Below, piece after piece: positions 36,646-51,741 of a stretch of DNA of 64,000 nt. Origin of the DNA: the human T2T-CHM13v2.0 reference genome, Homo sapiens; the NCBI RefSeq assembly GCF_009914755.1, contig NC_060947.1; one strand, given 5' to 3'. The translations under genes were made by a program, and so were the position numbers. Numbering within the stretch: position 1 is the first letter of the stretch; the number at the start of each line of letters is the position of its first letter. Under the pieces are notes generated by a model. That model did not search any database. It had not been told where the DNA came from and worked only from the letters and a program-made list of their open reading frames with translations.

Positions 36646-38269
36646 TCTTCAACAAATATTCATCCTGGCCCACTTTTCTTCTCCTTCCCAGAGAAGTGAT
36701 GACTGTCATCTAAACCAAACAGCATAACTACCACAGAGACCAGCTGGTAATGGAGCAGGAAGAAGTAGCATATACTTACATTTAGTTTATAAATGAAGCT
36801 TTGGGGCTATTTCTGTGATGCAGGATGGCTTTGCCAAGGAATGTGGGAAGAGGGAAAAGATCATCAAACCATTTCTTTAATTCTGTGTCATTTTTGCCCC
36901 ATTATTTGAGCTTCTATACTGATATTGGAAAAATAGTTTCCTATGGAGTGTCAAATAAAGAAAGAGTGCAGATAAAGAGGAGAGAGAAGTCACATGCCCT
37001 TGACCCTCATACCATTACCACCTACAGGACTCTGAACCAGAATTTCATCTGCACCAGTGGGTAATTCAAAGTGGGAGGAGTTGTTGAATGTGTATCCATG
37101 AAGGCACAATACTACAAACGTGTAAAACTACTAGGTTTTAAATCCTAGAATGTCATGGTGTATAAAATATTGATAATTATTGCTTTGGTTTTGAATTAGG
37201 GGAAAATATATCCTCGTATACTTGGAAGTGGCTCCCTCAGTATCTTTTATTCTTGAGCTTCAGGGATATTCTTCATTCTAAATGTGTATCTCTTTCCTGT
37301 GGGTGGGGTAAGGAATGCTTGAATGTTCCTGACAATGTTTTTGTATAATTGCAGGAGCATTTGATATTTATTACAGTTATAAATACATAAGAAATGAAAT
37401 AAACAGCATTACTCTAAAACAAAAGAGAATACCTGCTCTCAAAATATCTTGAGTATTTCAAAGAGAATACCTGCTAATGCTTATATCTGTATAATATTCT
37501 TTCACAAATTTTCTTATGCAGGTACTTATAAATTTATGCAGAAATGAATACATTTATATACTTATCTACAAAATATAAGATCTCATTCTACATTTAGTTT
37601 TATAACCTGCTTGTCTCACTAAAACCATACCTCAAAGGTCATTGGTTGTGAGTAAATATGAGTCTTTACCACAGAGATAGTAAATACTAATGGCCAATAA
37701 AGACAGAGAAACAAATATGGCTACAATATGTTATGTGCCAAGTGCTTTTTAGCTACTGAGTCGTTCAATTCTCACGGCACCCTTACAAGGTTGAAACTGT
37801 TGCTGATCTCCATTTTGTAGATGGAAAACTAAGGAGCAGATAGAATAAAAATTTTACCTGAGACTGCACAGTTAGGGAGTGCGACAGCTTGGATTTATGT
37901 TCAGTACATCATGCTCCAGAGCCTGGGAAACTGTCAAGGCTCTGTTGTTAGGTGAAAGAAGCAACTACACAAGCATGCATATTTTAGGAGCTCATTAAAA
38001 GTAATACTTCACAGGTTAATACATTTACACAAAAAACTGGACCTGGTGACAAATAGGTGGATTGCAACCTTGGTAAGATCATGTTCATTGCAATCCTGGC
38101 GACAGAAGCCACAGTGCAGGGGGAAGTGAAGAATTTTAACAGGAAATGTAGAAAACTCTCTTTGGTAGTTTAACTTTGAAGGGAAAGAGATGGAGATTCT
38201 GGCTGAATGGGGAGATTTTAAAAAATAATCAATTTCTTGAAACTTGAGAAGGTTTTAAAATGAAGATAC

Positions 38270-38452
38270 TTAGGGGTTTTGCTAAATGAGAAGATTTTAG
38301 CTGTTCTTGCCATGCACAAAAAAATGGGTAACTATGTGGTATTATGAATATATTTATTTTCTTCACTATATAGTAACTAATACTTTACTTTCTGTATGTA
38401 TCTTAGAACATCATATTGCATATCTTAAATATAGACAATAAATGTATTTTTA
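38270..38452 (+). mobile_element. Short L1M 3' end fragment
   Basis: GATTTTAGCTGTTCTTGCCA..GGTAACTATGTG..ACATCATATTG..CTTAAATATA. Confidence 0.65.
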
Positions 38453-38506
38453 AAAGTTAACGTGATGAAGCTATCTTATCTCAGATTTAACACTAGAAAT
38501 TGCTCA

Positions 38507-38783
38507 TTTTTTTTTTTTGGCTGGAGTACAGTGTTGCGATCATGGCTCACTGCAGCTTCAACCTCCTGGGGCTCCTGTGATCCTCCCAGCTCAGCTTCCC
38601 GAGTAGCTGGGACCACAGGTGCATATCAACACACCCAGTTAATTTTTTTTGTTTGTTTATTTTTGTAGAGACGGGAGTCTCTTTAGGTTGCCCAGGCTGG
38701 TCTCGGACTCCTGGGCCCAAGTGATCCTCCCACCTCGACCTCTTAATGTGCTGGGATTATAGGTGTGAGCCACTTCACCCAGC
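38507..38783 (-). mobile_element. AluJ
   Basis: Diverged antisense Alu (GATCATGGCTCACTGCAGC...). Confidence 0.9.
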
Positions 38784-40588
38784 ACATTTTCTTTCTTACG
38801 CTCTTATTTTCACTTTAGAGCTCATGAGAGGCCTCTAATCGACTAGTATGAGTTTTGAGCTAAATATGTATTTAGTTATTAGTGAGAAAATGGACAATGG
38901 GCAATTGTGAGTCAAATAAATGCTAAATTTTTGCCTCTCCAAGAAGGCAGCAGGTGGCTGAAATCCTGGTGTGATATGGCTGAATAATGCATGATCTGAG
39001 GACCCTGTACTGGTTACTCCTGTACACGTTCACAATTTTTCTGTAAATGTATTAATATACTGAGCAGTCCAGGAGCAGCCATTAGGCAAACACCACTCCT
39101 TGCTTCCTTCATGTGACCTATCACTGAGCTCACCAGCTGAGGTCAATTACATTCTTCCCAACCTGGAGAACAGAATTTGGGTCTGCTCAGAGGCATGATG
39201 TGAAACATGTCTGGGATAAAAGCTTTGTTCTATTGACAGCAAACCTTTTTGTGTTAAGGGGTAGGGGAAGAGCAAGTGAAGGATGCAGATTAATTTCTAT
39301 TTAGGAATATACTTTTATATATTGTTTGAAATTTTGTCTTTTAAAAATATTCATACAAATTTAAACAAAAAATTACTTGTGAACAGATTGACAAATGTCA
39401 TGTGCACACATATTTATTAATTTGAAAAAGCATTCACTGTGTTAAATTTATGGTGAAATAAAGTTGATTAAACTTTGAAATAACTGAGTATGTATGTGTG
39501 TGTGTCCTCTGGCTCTATCATCACTCCAAATACACACTCACAAGTGAAGTTTCACCTTGAATTCAGAGATGGGCTTGACTCCAATTTCAGTTTTAGATAT
39601 CCTAGAAAATAGTTGATGCAGAGAGATTGCTACAATCAGGTGAATAATTGCAGAAAACTGCCTGATACCTTGGAGTTAACCTCCAGCCTCCATTCCTCTC
39701 GCCCCCTTGCTGAGCCCCCTGTTCTGAAACTCTCAGAGCTTCCATCCTGTCTCTGGCCGCTAGGTGACATCCAACTCTATTCTGCTTTTACTGCTTTAAT
39801 AAAAATGAGTATATTTTGCAAAGAATAAAAAATATCTTGTAATAGTTTTTATGCTGTGATGCCAATTCTGTTTGGAAAATTCACATGTGCATTAAAACAG
39901 CTCAATTTGCTGTTGACCTTAAATCTACATCTCACTGATTTAACTCTTATCTCCTCAGTGTAGGTTGAGGTATCCACACTATAGAGGGGTCCCTCCTAGA
40001 CGACAGAGTGATCACACTTCATTACCCAACCCCTGTACTGGCTTCCCAGATCTCCTCCCACTCCCTCACAGGCTCCAGGACACTGTGGACACAGCTGCCC
40101 AGATCTGTCAATGGCACCTGATCCTCTCTCAGACAACTCTTGCCTGTCCTATACTGTGCTTTGCTTGCTGGGGACTGCTAAAGCACACTAAAGCTGCCTG
40201 GTGTTTCATGTGGGTGCCCCAGTTTGTTTTTACTGTCTTACTCTTACTAGTTTTTTTTATTTTTGGAAGAATTAAAATCATTCTGTACATAGGCTCATAA
40301 GTCTGAAGGGAGGTATTTTTGTTTTGCTCCTTGCATGCATTTCTTTGTAGAGAATTTGACAATGGTGGTATATTGGTGCCCCTCATGACAGAAGTCCAAA
40401 CTTCAGTTTGAACGTCACTGAGCAGGAAGGTGGGAGGGACGGGCTTTAACCCAAGCCCACCAGACCGATTTCTGAAAATCTGAGTGACAAAAAAGGGTAT
40501 TCCCAGTGTATAGGGATATTAATGGCTTCCAAACAGAAAGTACAACTTCTTCCTATGTTGAAGGGAAAATTCTATGTAACAAGATTAA

Positions 40589-40921
<333 letters not shown>

Positions 40922-42024
40922 CTATAGATAAATAGCTATAGATCTATACAAGCCAAAATGCATCCAGCCCACTTATGAGCTTTATAACCTGCCTTTGCCC
41001 TAATTACGACCATCTTTCCGTGGAACTAGTTTTCTATCATAACACTTTAAATTACAGCAAAATTTTAGTTTTCTTTTTATATCAACTAGATGCTTCATCT
41101 TATTGAAGTATATTTGGGGCATCCATATCTTAGTAATGAAAACTTAGTTTATCTCTATTTCAAATTTTGGTGTACTTAACCTTGCCCATATATATGAAAA
41201 TAACTTTGTAAGCATTTCTCTATAAGAGGTTCTTGAAATTATTCTTTCAAATCTATGTAAAGCTATAAAATTTTATGTTAACACAATATATTCAGAACAT
41301 ATTACTAATGTATATTCCTGACAATACTGTGTGGAAATGTCTGTTTACCACTTATTAGAAATAATGTGAATCATTGCAAATCTGATAGGCAACAAACCAC
41401 CTCTTATTGTCTTCATTAAAACTTTTTGTTACTTTCTAGAATTTAATTCTGTGGATGTGACATAATCACATAGTATAAATAATAGGAAATATCAGAATAA
41501 CATGGTTAAAATGATAAATTTTATTATGTGAATTTTATCTCACATTCCTCACCAGTGCATATAGCTATGTGAACTCTGCCCTGAGCTGCACCTTTTAGCA
41601 GTGTACAGACTCTGAAAAGCCACCCACACAGTGGTTTTTAATATATTCACAATGTTGTATAATCATCACCACTATCTTTTACCCATTAAGTAGTCACTCC
41701 CCATTCTCCCCTCCCTCAACTCTTAGTAACCATTAATCTGCTTTCCATCTCTATGGATTTGCTTATTTTGGAAATTTCATGTAAATGCAGTCATATTTTA
41801 TGTGGCCTGGGTGATTAAACTTGGATTCTTAACCTATACTAAATATGGTGATAACCTTCTTCCATCCTTCTCTTTTCCCCAGGGGATGGTGTTCTCACTG
41901 GTATTCAGGCAGTGTAAGCAGTTAGTCACAAAAGCCTTAGGGTCAGGCAGATCTATGTTCAAATCCTGACTGTCGTGGACAATTTACTTCGTCATCTCTG
42001 CTGTTGCCATCTCAAAATATTTTA

Positions 42025-42321
<297 letters not shown>

Positions 42322-42445
42322 TATTTAATGTTAATTTTTAAAAAGTAAACTTTTAATTCTAGGACAGTTTTAGCGTTACAGAAAAATATCAAATACAGTA
42401 CAGGAAGTTCTCATATACCCCTCATCCAGTTTCCTTTATTATTGA

Positions 42446-42649
<204 letters not shown>

Positions 42650-44956
42650 TAATACTTTTCTTCTGAGATCCCAATCCAGGATCTCACATTGCATACAGTA
42701 ATTATGACTCCTTAGGCTCTTCTTGGTTGTGAGTTTCTCAGCCTTTTCCTATTTTCAATGACCTTGACAGTTTCAAGGATTATTGGTTGGCTATTTTATA
42801 GAATGTCCCTCAACTGGGATTTGTCCATCTCAAATTTTTAAAAAATGTTTACATGCGATAATTGAATATACTTATGTAATTTGTAAAGATCAAATCAGTG
42901 TACTTGAAATATCACCTTAAATATTTGTCTTTTCTTTATGCCAGAAACAAATTATTCTAGCTATTTTAAATATATAATCCATTATTGTAAACTATCGTCA
43001 TCAATGGGTACAAATACAAAGTTCAATAGAAGAAAAAGATCTAGTGTTTGATAGATCAGTAGTGTAAATATTGCTTATAATAATCTATTGTCTCAAAATC
43101 CTTAATTTTGAACAAGGGGCCCTGCACTTTAATTTTATACTGGACCCTGAAAATTATGTAGCTGGTCTTGCTTTTGCTTCATGGGGCAGAGGAAAGGCAA
43201 GCTGAGCTTGGACTAGCACTTGCAGCAGGCTCTGGCCAGTATGCCTTGGTACTGCCTGCAGGACCTCACTGCTCCGAAGCGGGGGTGCTGGGAGCTATAC
43301 CCAGGGGCAAGAGGAAACCATAAACATGGAAGAGGACTCAGGGAGGATTCCAGGCAGAGGGAACAGTGTAAGCAAAGGCCCCAAGTCAGGAATGTGATGA
43401 TGTGGTCAGGAGGCTGCCAGGTCATAGCCCTTCTACTTAAACAGCATATCCAGATGCCAAAGGAAGAGGTGGCCAAGAAGGCATAAAGGAAACCCTCCCA
43501 GCAAGGCCTGTGCCTGCTATTTTAGAGATAATACTTGATTCTATAGGAAATGGGGAGTCATGGGTGCTGATTGAGCTGGAGCTAGGCCTCATTGGAGCTG
43601 TGATGTGGAAGTACCTTTTGAGTTGGATGTCAGGGCAGATTGAGGAGGCAAGTCAGTGAGGTGGCCACTGGATGGTCCTGGGACCATGAGACCCTGTCCT
43701 AGGGGTTCAGCGGGCAGAGCCTGGGGACTCTTAAGAGGGAGAAAGAGGTCTCCAGTTTTTCTGCCTCAGAGTGTGGGGACCTGGGAGTCATGGAGAGAAA
43801 GAAAGTTGGGGAACTGGGTTGGAGAAGGCAGGGGTTGCGGTGGGAGAAGGCAGGGGTTGCAATGGGAGAAATGGTGAAATGAGAAGGGATGGGTTGGGGA
43901 GAAGTTGGTAGATCTGAGTTTGGATGTGGTGAGTTAGAAGTCACTGTGAACTTCCCAGCATGCAGCTGTGAACACAGGACTGACTGATGCCTATAGAAGT
44001 GGTCACCATCTTAAAAAATAACAATGCTAACTAATGTATAAACAGCAACTACAGTGACACAGACACCATGCCGAGAGCTCTCCAGTAATGGATCCAAACC
44101 AAGATGAAATCTTTGAAATACCAGATAAAGAATTAAAAAGGTTGAGTATTAAGCTACTCAAGGAGATACCAGAGAAAGGTGAAAACCAACAAACAATTTT
44201 AAAAACAATTCAGGATATGCATGAAAAATTTTCTAAAGAGATATTTTAAAGAAAAACCATTCAGAACTTCTGGAAATAGAAAACACATTTAGGTAATTAC
44301 AAAATGCAGTGGAAAGTTTTAGCAATAGACTAGGACAAGTAGGAGAAAGAATTTCAAAGCTCAGATGTAAGGATTTTGAATTAACTCAATCGGACAAAAA
44401 AGAAAAAATAATTAAAAGAAATGAACAAAATTTCTAAGAAATGTGGGATCATGTAAAATGGCCAAACCTAAAAATAATTGGTTTTCCTGAGAGGGAAAAT
44501 GCATTTAAAAGTTTGGAAAATTTATTTGAGGGAATAACTGAGAAAAACTTCTCTGGTCTTGCTAGAGATTTAGATGTCCAAATACAAGAAGCTCAGAGAA
44601 CTCCTGGGAGATTCATCACAAAAATGACTTTACTTAAGGCATATTGTCATCAAGCTATCTAAAGTCAATGTGAAGGAAAGAATTCTGAGTGCAGTGAGAC
44701 TAAAGCACCAGGTAACCTATACAGGAAAACCTATCAGACTAACAGCAGACTTCTTACCAGAAACCTTACAAGCCAGAAGGGACTGAGGTCCTATCTTTAG
44801 CCTCCTTAAACAAATTAACTGTCAGCCAAGAATTCTATATCCAGTAAAACTAAGTTTTATAAATGAAGGAGAAATAAAGTCATTTTCAGACAAAGAAATG
44901 CTGAGGGAATTTGCCACTACCAGACCAGCCCTACAAGAAATACTAAAGGAATTCTA

Positions 44957-45235
44957 AATCCTGAAACAAGAGGTTGCTATGCACCAGAATAGAACATTTT
45001 GAAAGCATAATGCTTACAGGAAATACTATGAAGAAAATAAAGTATCAAGGTAACAATTAGCATGATGACTGGAACGGCACTTTACATCTTAATATTAACA
45101 GTGAATGTAAATTGCTGTTCCAGTCATCATGCTAATTGTTACCTTGATACTTTATTTTCTTCATAGTATTTCCTGTAAGCTTTATGCTTTCAAAATGTTC
45201 TATTCTGGTGCATAGCAACCTCTTATTTCAGGATT
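44957..45235. repeat. 131-bp inverted duplication (long hairpin) inside L1
   Basis: 44957-45087 is the reverse complement of 45105-45235 with 4 mismatches by my count; 17-nt spacer. Confidence 0.95.
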
Positions 45236-46287
45236 AATGCTCCACTTAAGAGACACAGATTGGCAGAATGGATAAAAAGAAAATCCACAAACCAAGTATC
45301 TGCTGTCTTCAAGAGACTCCCTAATATGTAAGAATACAAATTCGAGGTAAAGGCTGGAAAAAGATATTCCACTTAAATGGAAACCAAAAGTGAGCTAGAG
45401 CAGCTACTCTTATATTGGATAAAACAGATTTTAAAGCAACAACAGTTAAAAAAAAAAGACAAGGTCATTATATAATGACAAATGGATCAATCCAACAAGA
45501 TATGAAGATATTATAATCCTAAGTTTACATGCACCTAACTCTGGAGATCCCAGATTCATGAAACATTTACTACTAAACCTAAGAAATGAGATAGACAGCA
45601 GCACAATACTGGGAGACTTCAACACTCCACTGACAGCACCAGACAGATCGAGACAGAAAGTCAAAGAAAAAATAAACTTAAACTACGCTGTAAAAAAAAA
45701 ATGGACCTAACAGATGTTTATAGAACATTCTGTCCAAGAACTACAGACTATACATTCTTCTCATCAGCACATGGAACATTCTCCAAGATAGACCATATGA
45801 TAGGCCACAAAACTAGTCTCAAACTGAGAAATACCAAAATCATATAAAGCATCTTCTCAGACCACAGTGGAATAAAACTAGAAATCAACTACAAAAGGAA
45901 TCCTCAAAACTATACAAATACATGGAAATTAAACAATCTGCTCCTGAATGATTTTGGGGTTAACAATGAAATCAAGATGGAAATTTAAAAATCATTTTAA
46001 ATGAATGAAAATAGTGACACAAGTTATGAAAACCTCTGGGATACAGAAGCAGTGCTAAGAAGAAAGTTTATAGCACTAAATAGCTACATCAAAAAGTCTG
46101 AAAAAAGTCACAAATTGACAACCTAACATCACAACTCAAGGACCTAGAGAAACAATAATAAACTAAATCCAAAGTTAGCAGAAGAAATAAGGATGAGAAC
46201 AGAAATAAAATTGAAACAAAAATGACTCAAAAGATCAATGAAACAAAAAACAGGTTCTTTGAAAATATAAACAAACTTGATAGACCA

Positions 46288-48641
46288 TGATATGGTTAGG
46301 CTTTGTGTCCCCACCCAAATCTCATTTTGAATTGTAATCCCCATAATCCCTATGTGTCAAGGGAGAGAAAAGGTGGAGGTAATCGAATCATGGGGGTGGT
46401 TTTCCCCATGCTGTTTTCGTGATAGTAAGTTCTCATGAGTTCTCAGGATGAGATCTGATGGTTTTTTATAAAGGCCCTTTCACTAGGTACTTCTCCTTCC
46501 TGCCACCTTGTGAGGAAGGTGCCTTGCTTCCCCTTCACCTTCTGCCATGATTGTAGGTTTCCTGAGGCCTCACTAGCCAAGCTGAACTGTGAGTTGATTA
46601 AACCTCTTTCCTTTATTATAAAATCATCCAGTCTTGGGCAGTTCTTTATAGCAGTATGAAAACTAATACAATGAACTGGTACCAGGAGTGGGGTACTGCC
46701 ATAAAAATACCTGAAATGTGGAAGTGACTTTGGAACTGGGTAACAGGCAGATATTGCAACAGTTTTGGAGGGCTCAGAAGAAGACAAGAAGATATGGGAA
46801 AGTTTGGAACTTCCTAGAGACTTGTTGAATGGTTTTGAGCAAAATGCTGATAGTGATATGGACAATGAAGTCCAGGCTGAGATGGTCTCAGATGAAGAAG
46901 CAAAACTTATTGGGAACTGGAGCAAAGGTGCCTCTTACTATGCTTTAACAAAGAGACTGGTAGCATTTTGCACCTGCCCTAGAGATCTGTGGAACTTTGA
47001 ACTTGAGAGAGATTATTTAGGGTATCTGGCAGAAAAAAAAAAACCAAAACTCTAAATGGCAAAGTTTTCAAGACGTGACTTGGGTGCGGTTGCTCTTAAA
47101 AGTATTCAGTTTTATGCATTCACTAAGAGATGGTTTGGAATTGGAATATGTTTAAAAGGGAACCAGAGCATAAAAGTTGGGAAAATTTGCAGCCTGACAA
47201 TACAGCAGAAAGGAAAAGCCCATTTTCTGAGGAGAAATTCAAGCCTGCTGCAGAAATTTGCATAAGTAACAAGGAGTCAAATGTTAATCGCCAAGAAAAT
47301 GGGGGAAATGTCTCCAGGGCATGTAAGAGATGTTCACGACAGTCCTTCCCATCACAGGCCAGGAGCCCAAAGAGGAACAAAATGATTTCATGGCCTGCTG
47401 CTCTGTGCAGCCTCGGGACTCTGTGCCCTGTGTCCCAGCCACTTCAGCTCCAGCCATGGCTAAAAGGGGCCAAGGTACAGCTCAGGCAGTGGCTTCAGAG
47501 GGTGCAAGCCCCAAGCCTTGGCGGCTTACACATGGTGTTGGGCCTGTGGGTGCACACAAGTCAAGAACGGAGGTTTGTGAACTTCTGCCAAGATTTCAGA
47601 GGATGCATGAAAATGGCTGGATGTCCAGGCAGAGGTGTGCTGCAGGGTCATGGAGAACATCTGCTAGGGCAGTGCAGAAGGAAAATGTGGGGTCAGAGCC
47701 CCCACAGGGAGTTCCAACTGGGGCACTTCCTAGTGGAGCTGCAAGATGAGGGGCATCGTCCTCCAGACCCCAGAATGGTAGATCCACTGACAGCTTGCAT
47801 TGTGCACCTGGAAAAGCTGCAGATACTCAATGCCAGCCTGTGAAAGCAGCCAGGATGGGGGGCTGTAGCCTGCAAAGCCACAGGGGCAGAGCTGCCCAAG
47901 GCCATGAGAGCCCACCTCTTGCATCAGCATGACCTGGATGTAAGACTTGGAGTCAAAGGAGATCATTGTGGTGCTTTAAGATTTGACTGCCCTGTTAGAC
48001 TTTTGGACTTGCATGGGGCCTGTAGCCCCTTCGTTTTGGCCAATTACTGCCATTTGGAACAGGTGCATTGACCCAATGCCTGTACCTCATTGTATCTAGG
48101 AAGTAACTAATTTGCTTTTGATTTTACAGACTCACAGGTGGAAGGGACTTGCCTTGTCTCAGATGAGACTTTGGACTGTAGACCTTTGGGTTAATGCTGA
48201 AATAAGACTTTGGGGACTGTTGGGAAGGCATGATTTTGAAATGTGAGGACATGAGATTTGGGAGGGACCAGGGGTGGAATGATATGGTTTGGCTGTGTCC
48301 CCACCCAAATCTCATCTTGAATTGTAGCTCCCATAATCCCCATGTGTCATGGGAGGGACCTGGTGAGAGGTAATCGAATCATGGGGATGGGTCTTTCCTG
48401 TGCTGTTCCTGTGGTAGTGAATAAGTCTTACGAGATCTGATGGTTTTATGAAGGGGAGTTCCCCTACATAAGCTCTCTTGCCTGCCTCCATGCAAGATGT
48501 CCTTTTGCTCTTCCTTCATCTTCCACCATGATTGTGAGGCCTCTCCAGGCATGTGGAACTGTGAGTCCATTAAACTTCTTTCCTTTATAAATTACACAGT
48601 CTCAGGTATGTCTCTATTAGCAGCATGAGAACGAACTAATA
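46288..48641 (+). mobile_element. Full-length THE1 MaLR element (LTR-int-LTR)
   Basis: 5' LTR 46288-46670, internal region 46671-48279 ending in PPT-like GGGACCAGGGGTGGAA, 3' LTR 48280-48641. Confidence 0.93.
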
Positions 48642-50819
48642 TGCCACATAATCTAAATAGACGTAGAAAAGCTTGATGATCAGATGCCCAACATCCCCTC
48701 CCAGCCAACAGGCAGACACTCAACATCCCCTCATGATAAGGACCCTCAGCAAGCTAGGCAAAGCAACATACCTCTAAGAGCGATCTATGACAAACCCATA
48801 GCCAATATCATACTGGACAGGCAAAAGCTAGAACTATTACCCTTGAGAACAGGCACAAGACAAGGATGCCCACTTTCACCACTGCTATTCATCCTAGTAC
48901 TAGACGTCCTCACCAGAGCAGTCAGGCAAGAGAAAGAAATAAAGGCATCCAAAAAGGAAATGTCAAACTGTCTATCATCCCTGAGAATATGATTCTATAC
49001 TGAGAAAACCCTAGAGACTCTACCAAAAGCCTCCTGGAACTGATAAAATTGTTTCAGGATCAAGAAAAGAAAAAGAAAAAAAGACCAATGTACAAAATTT
49101 AGTAGCATTTCCATATATCGATAACATTCTGAGAGCCAAATCAAAAACACAATTCTATTTACAGTAGCCACAAAAGAAAATAAAGTACCTAGGAATATGC
49201 CTACACAAGGAGGTGAAAGCTCTACAAGGAGAACTACAAAACATTGCCTAAAGAAATCATAGATGACACTAGTGGAAAGATATCCCATGCTCATGGATCA
49301 GAAGAACCAACATCATTTTTAAAATGGCCATATTGCCAAAAGCAATCTACAAGAACAATACAATTCCTATCAAACTACTGTCATTCTTCACAGACTTAGG
49401 AAAAATTTTAAGTTCATATGGAACTAAAAAAAAGAGCCCAAACAGCCAAAGCAATCCTAAGCAAAAGGAACAAAGCCAGAGGCACCATACTACCTGACTT
49501 CAAACTGTAAGGCTACAATAACCAAAGTAGCATGGTACTAGTAGATAGACACATAAGCCAATGGAACAGAATAGAGAGCCCAGAAATAAAGCTACACACC
49601 TATACCCATTTGATCTTTGACAAAGTCAACAATAACAAACAATGGGGGAAGGTGCCCCCTATTCAATAAGTGGTTCTGAGATAACTGATTATCCATATGA
49701 AGAATGAAACTGGACCCCTACATTTTAGCATACTCCAAAATTAAGTCAAGATGGGTTAAATACTTAGATGTAAGACCTCAAACTATAAAAATCCTAAAAG
49801 AAATTCTAGGAAATGGCCTTGGCAAAGAATTTGACTGTATCCCTAAAACAAGTGAAACAAAAAACAAATTGACAAGTGGGACGTAGTTAAACTAGAGGGC
49901 TTCTGCACAGAAGAATCTAGAGTAAACAAACCACCTACAGAATGGGAGAAAATTGTTGCAAACTATTCATCTGACAAAACTCTAGTATCCAGAATCTATA
50001 CAGAACTTAAAACAATTCAAGAAGAAACAATCCTGTCATAAAAATGGGCAGAGGACATGGACATTTCTTAGTAGAACCCACACACGCAGCCAACAAATAA
50101 AAAATACTTATCATTAATCAAAGAAATGCAATTCAACCACAATGAGATACCATCTCACAATAGTCAGAATGACTATTATCCCCAGAGCCAAAAAACAGAT
50201 GCTGATGAGACTGTAGAGAAAAGGAATGCTTATACACATTGGTGGGAATGTAAATTAGTTCAGTCACTGTGGAAAGCAATTTGGAAATTCAGCTAAAAAC
50301 AGAGCTGCCATTGGACCCTACCAAAAAGACATCGGAACATGCATGTTCATTGCAGCACCATTCACAATATCAAGCACAAGGACTCAATCTCGATGCCCAC
50401 CAACTGTGGGCTAAGGAAAATGTGGTACATATACACCATGGAATACTGCACAGCCACAAAAGAGCAAAATCATGTCCTTTGCAGCAAATGGAGTTGGAGG
50501 CCATTATCCTAAGCAAATTATTGCAAGAACAGAACAACTAAATACTGCATATTTCCACTCATAAGTGGGAGCTCAACATCGGTTACTCGTGGACAAAGAT
50601 GGCAACAGTAGACACCAGGAACTACTAGAATGGGGGATGGTGAAAAACTATCCATGGAGTACTATGTTCACTACCTGGGTGAGGGGACCATTCATATACC
50701 AAACCTCAGCAACACATAATTTATCCATGTAACAAACCTACACATGTACCCCAGAACCTAAAATAAGCTGGGAAAAAAAGCCATTGAGAAAGTAAAGTGG
50801 CCTAGTGCAGTCTTAGGAA

Positions 50820-51251
50820 TGTGAAAGGTGCAAAAAATTATCAGGCTCAGAGGCATGAGACTTGACACATCCCTTGTACCTATGCCCAGGGGTAATTTAA
50901 AGGCACTGTTTTAGCCTTCCCTGTCTTCAGACTAGCTGATAAATTATCTGAAGTGTTCTCGCAAGTTGTACAATCTGACCTTCATCCATTATCCTCATGT
51001 TCCTGGATTTTTTAAATACAAAGAACAATGTATAGTCAATCGGTAACTGATGTTATTTTACTGAATCAATGTAAATTTCTGGTAAACAACTTAGGAACTG
51101 CTCCCTTTTACTTTAAAGAGCTACTTGTAATTGCTTCCAATTGGAGTATATATTCAGGGCAACATGAATCCAAGACTCCTAGACTGCAGTCCTCAACCTT
51201 AGCCCAATGAATTATATTAATTTTGCCCCAGTTTCTTCCTTTAGGTTGATA
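50820..51251 (+). mobile_element. ERV1 (MER4-group-like) solo LTR
   Basis: Starts TGTGAAAGG; contains AGAACAATGTATAGTCAATC..TGATGTTATTT; ends TTCTTCCTTTAGGTTGA. Confidence 0.6.
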
Positions 51252-51365
51252 GTATAAAAGAGAAGCATGGATTTAGGAGTTTCAAAGTGGACTTTCTAGT
51301 TCATTTTCTTGGGTACTTTTAGAATTAAGTAATTCACACGTAAAGCTGTTATAACTTTTCAGCCT

Positions 51366-51741
51366 TGAGAGGAGTGTGGCTATATGGCCTGAGTCACACA
51401 GCATACAGCTGCCAACTTCTGCTTTTTTGTATAAGTGATTAGGAAAGATAAAATGATGTCAAAAATGAGAAACCTCCAGACCTTCCTTAGGTAATGTTAA
51501 AGCAATCTTCCTTGGAATGTAGCAAGCTATAACCAATCAGATGGCTATAATGCATATACTGACCTTTCATGGAAAGTGTTGTAACCCTTCTTAAATGTCT
51601 TTGCCTGTGTAAGTGAAAACCTAATTTCTCCCTTTGGAGCACTGACCCCTTTCCTACATGGTCTGTTTTCGAGGTGGCCATCCTCAAGCTGTGTAAACTC
51701 TATGCTTACTGTTTTCTGAATCTCACTATTTAAAGTTGACA
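51366..51741 (+). mobile_element. ERV1-type solo LTR
   Basis: TGAGAGG...AACCAATCAG CCAAT box...TTTAAAGTTGACA terminus. Confidence 0.55.

Larger units (their letters stand above)
44060..50780 (+). mobile_element. L1 (L1PB-like), ORF1 to 3' end, interrupted by THE1 and internally deleted
   Basis: ORF1 remnant (MWDHVKWPNLKIIG), endonuclease region, RT remnant ([14 protein letters not shown]) and 3'UTR ending near 50780. Confidence 0.9.

Noticed and set aside
47130-47843. 237-aa and overlapping ORFs
   Set aside because: They lie in the THE1 internal region and are frameshifted MaLR remnants.
48689-48732. 12-bp direct repeat CAACATCCCCTC flanking 20 nt in L1
   Set aside because: Small local duplication or insertion with no sign of function.
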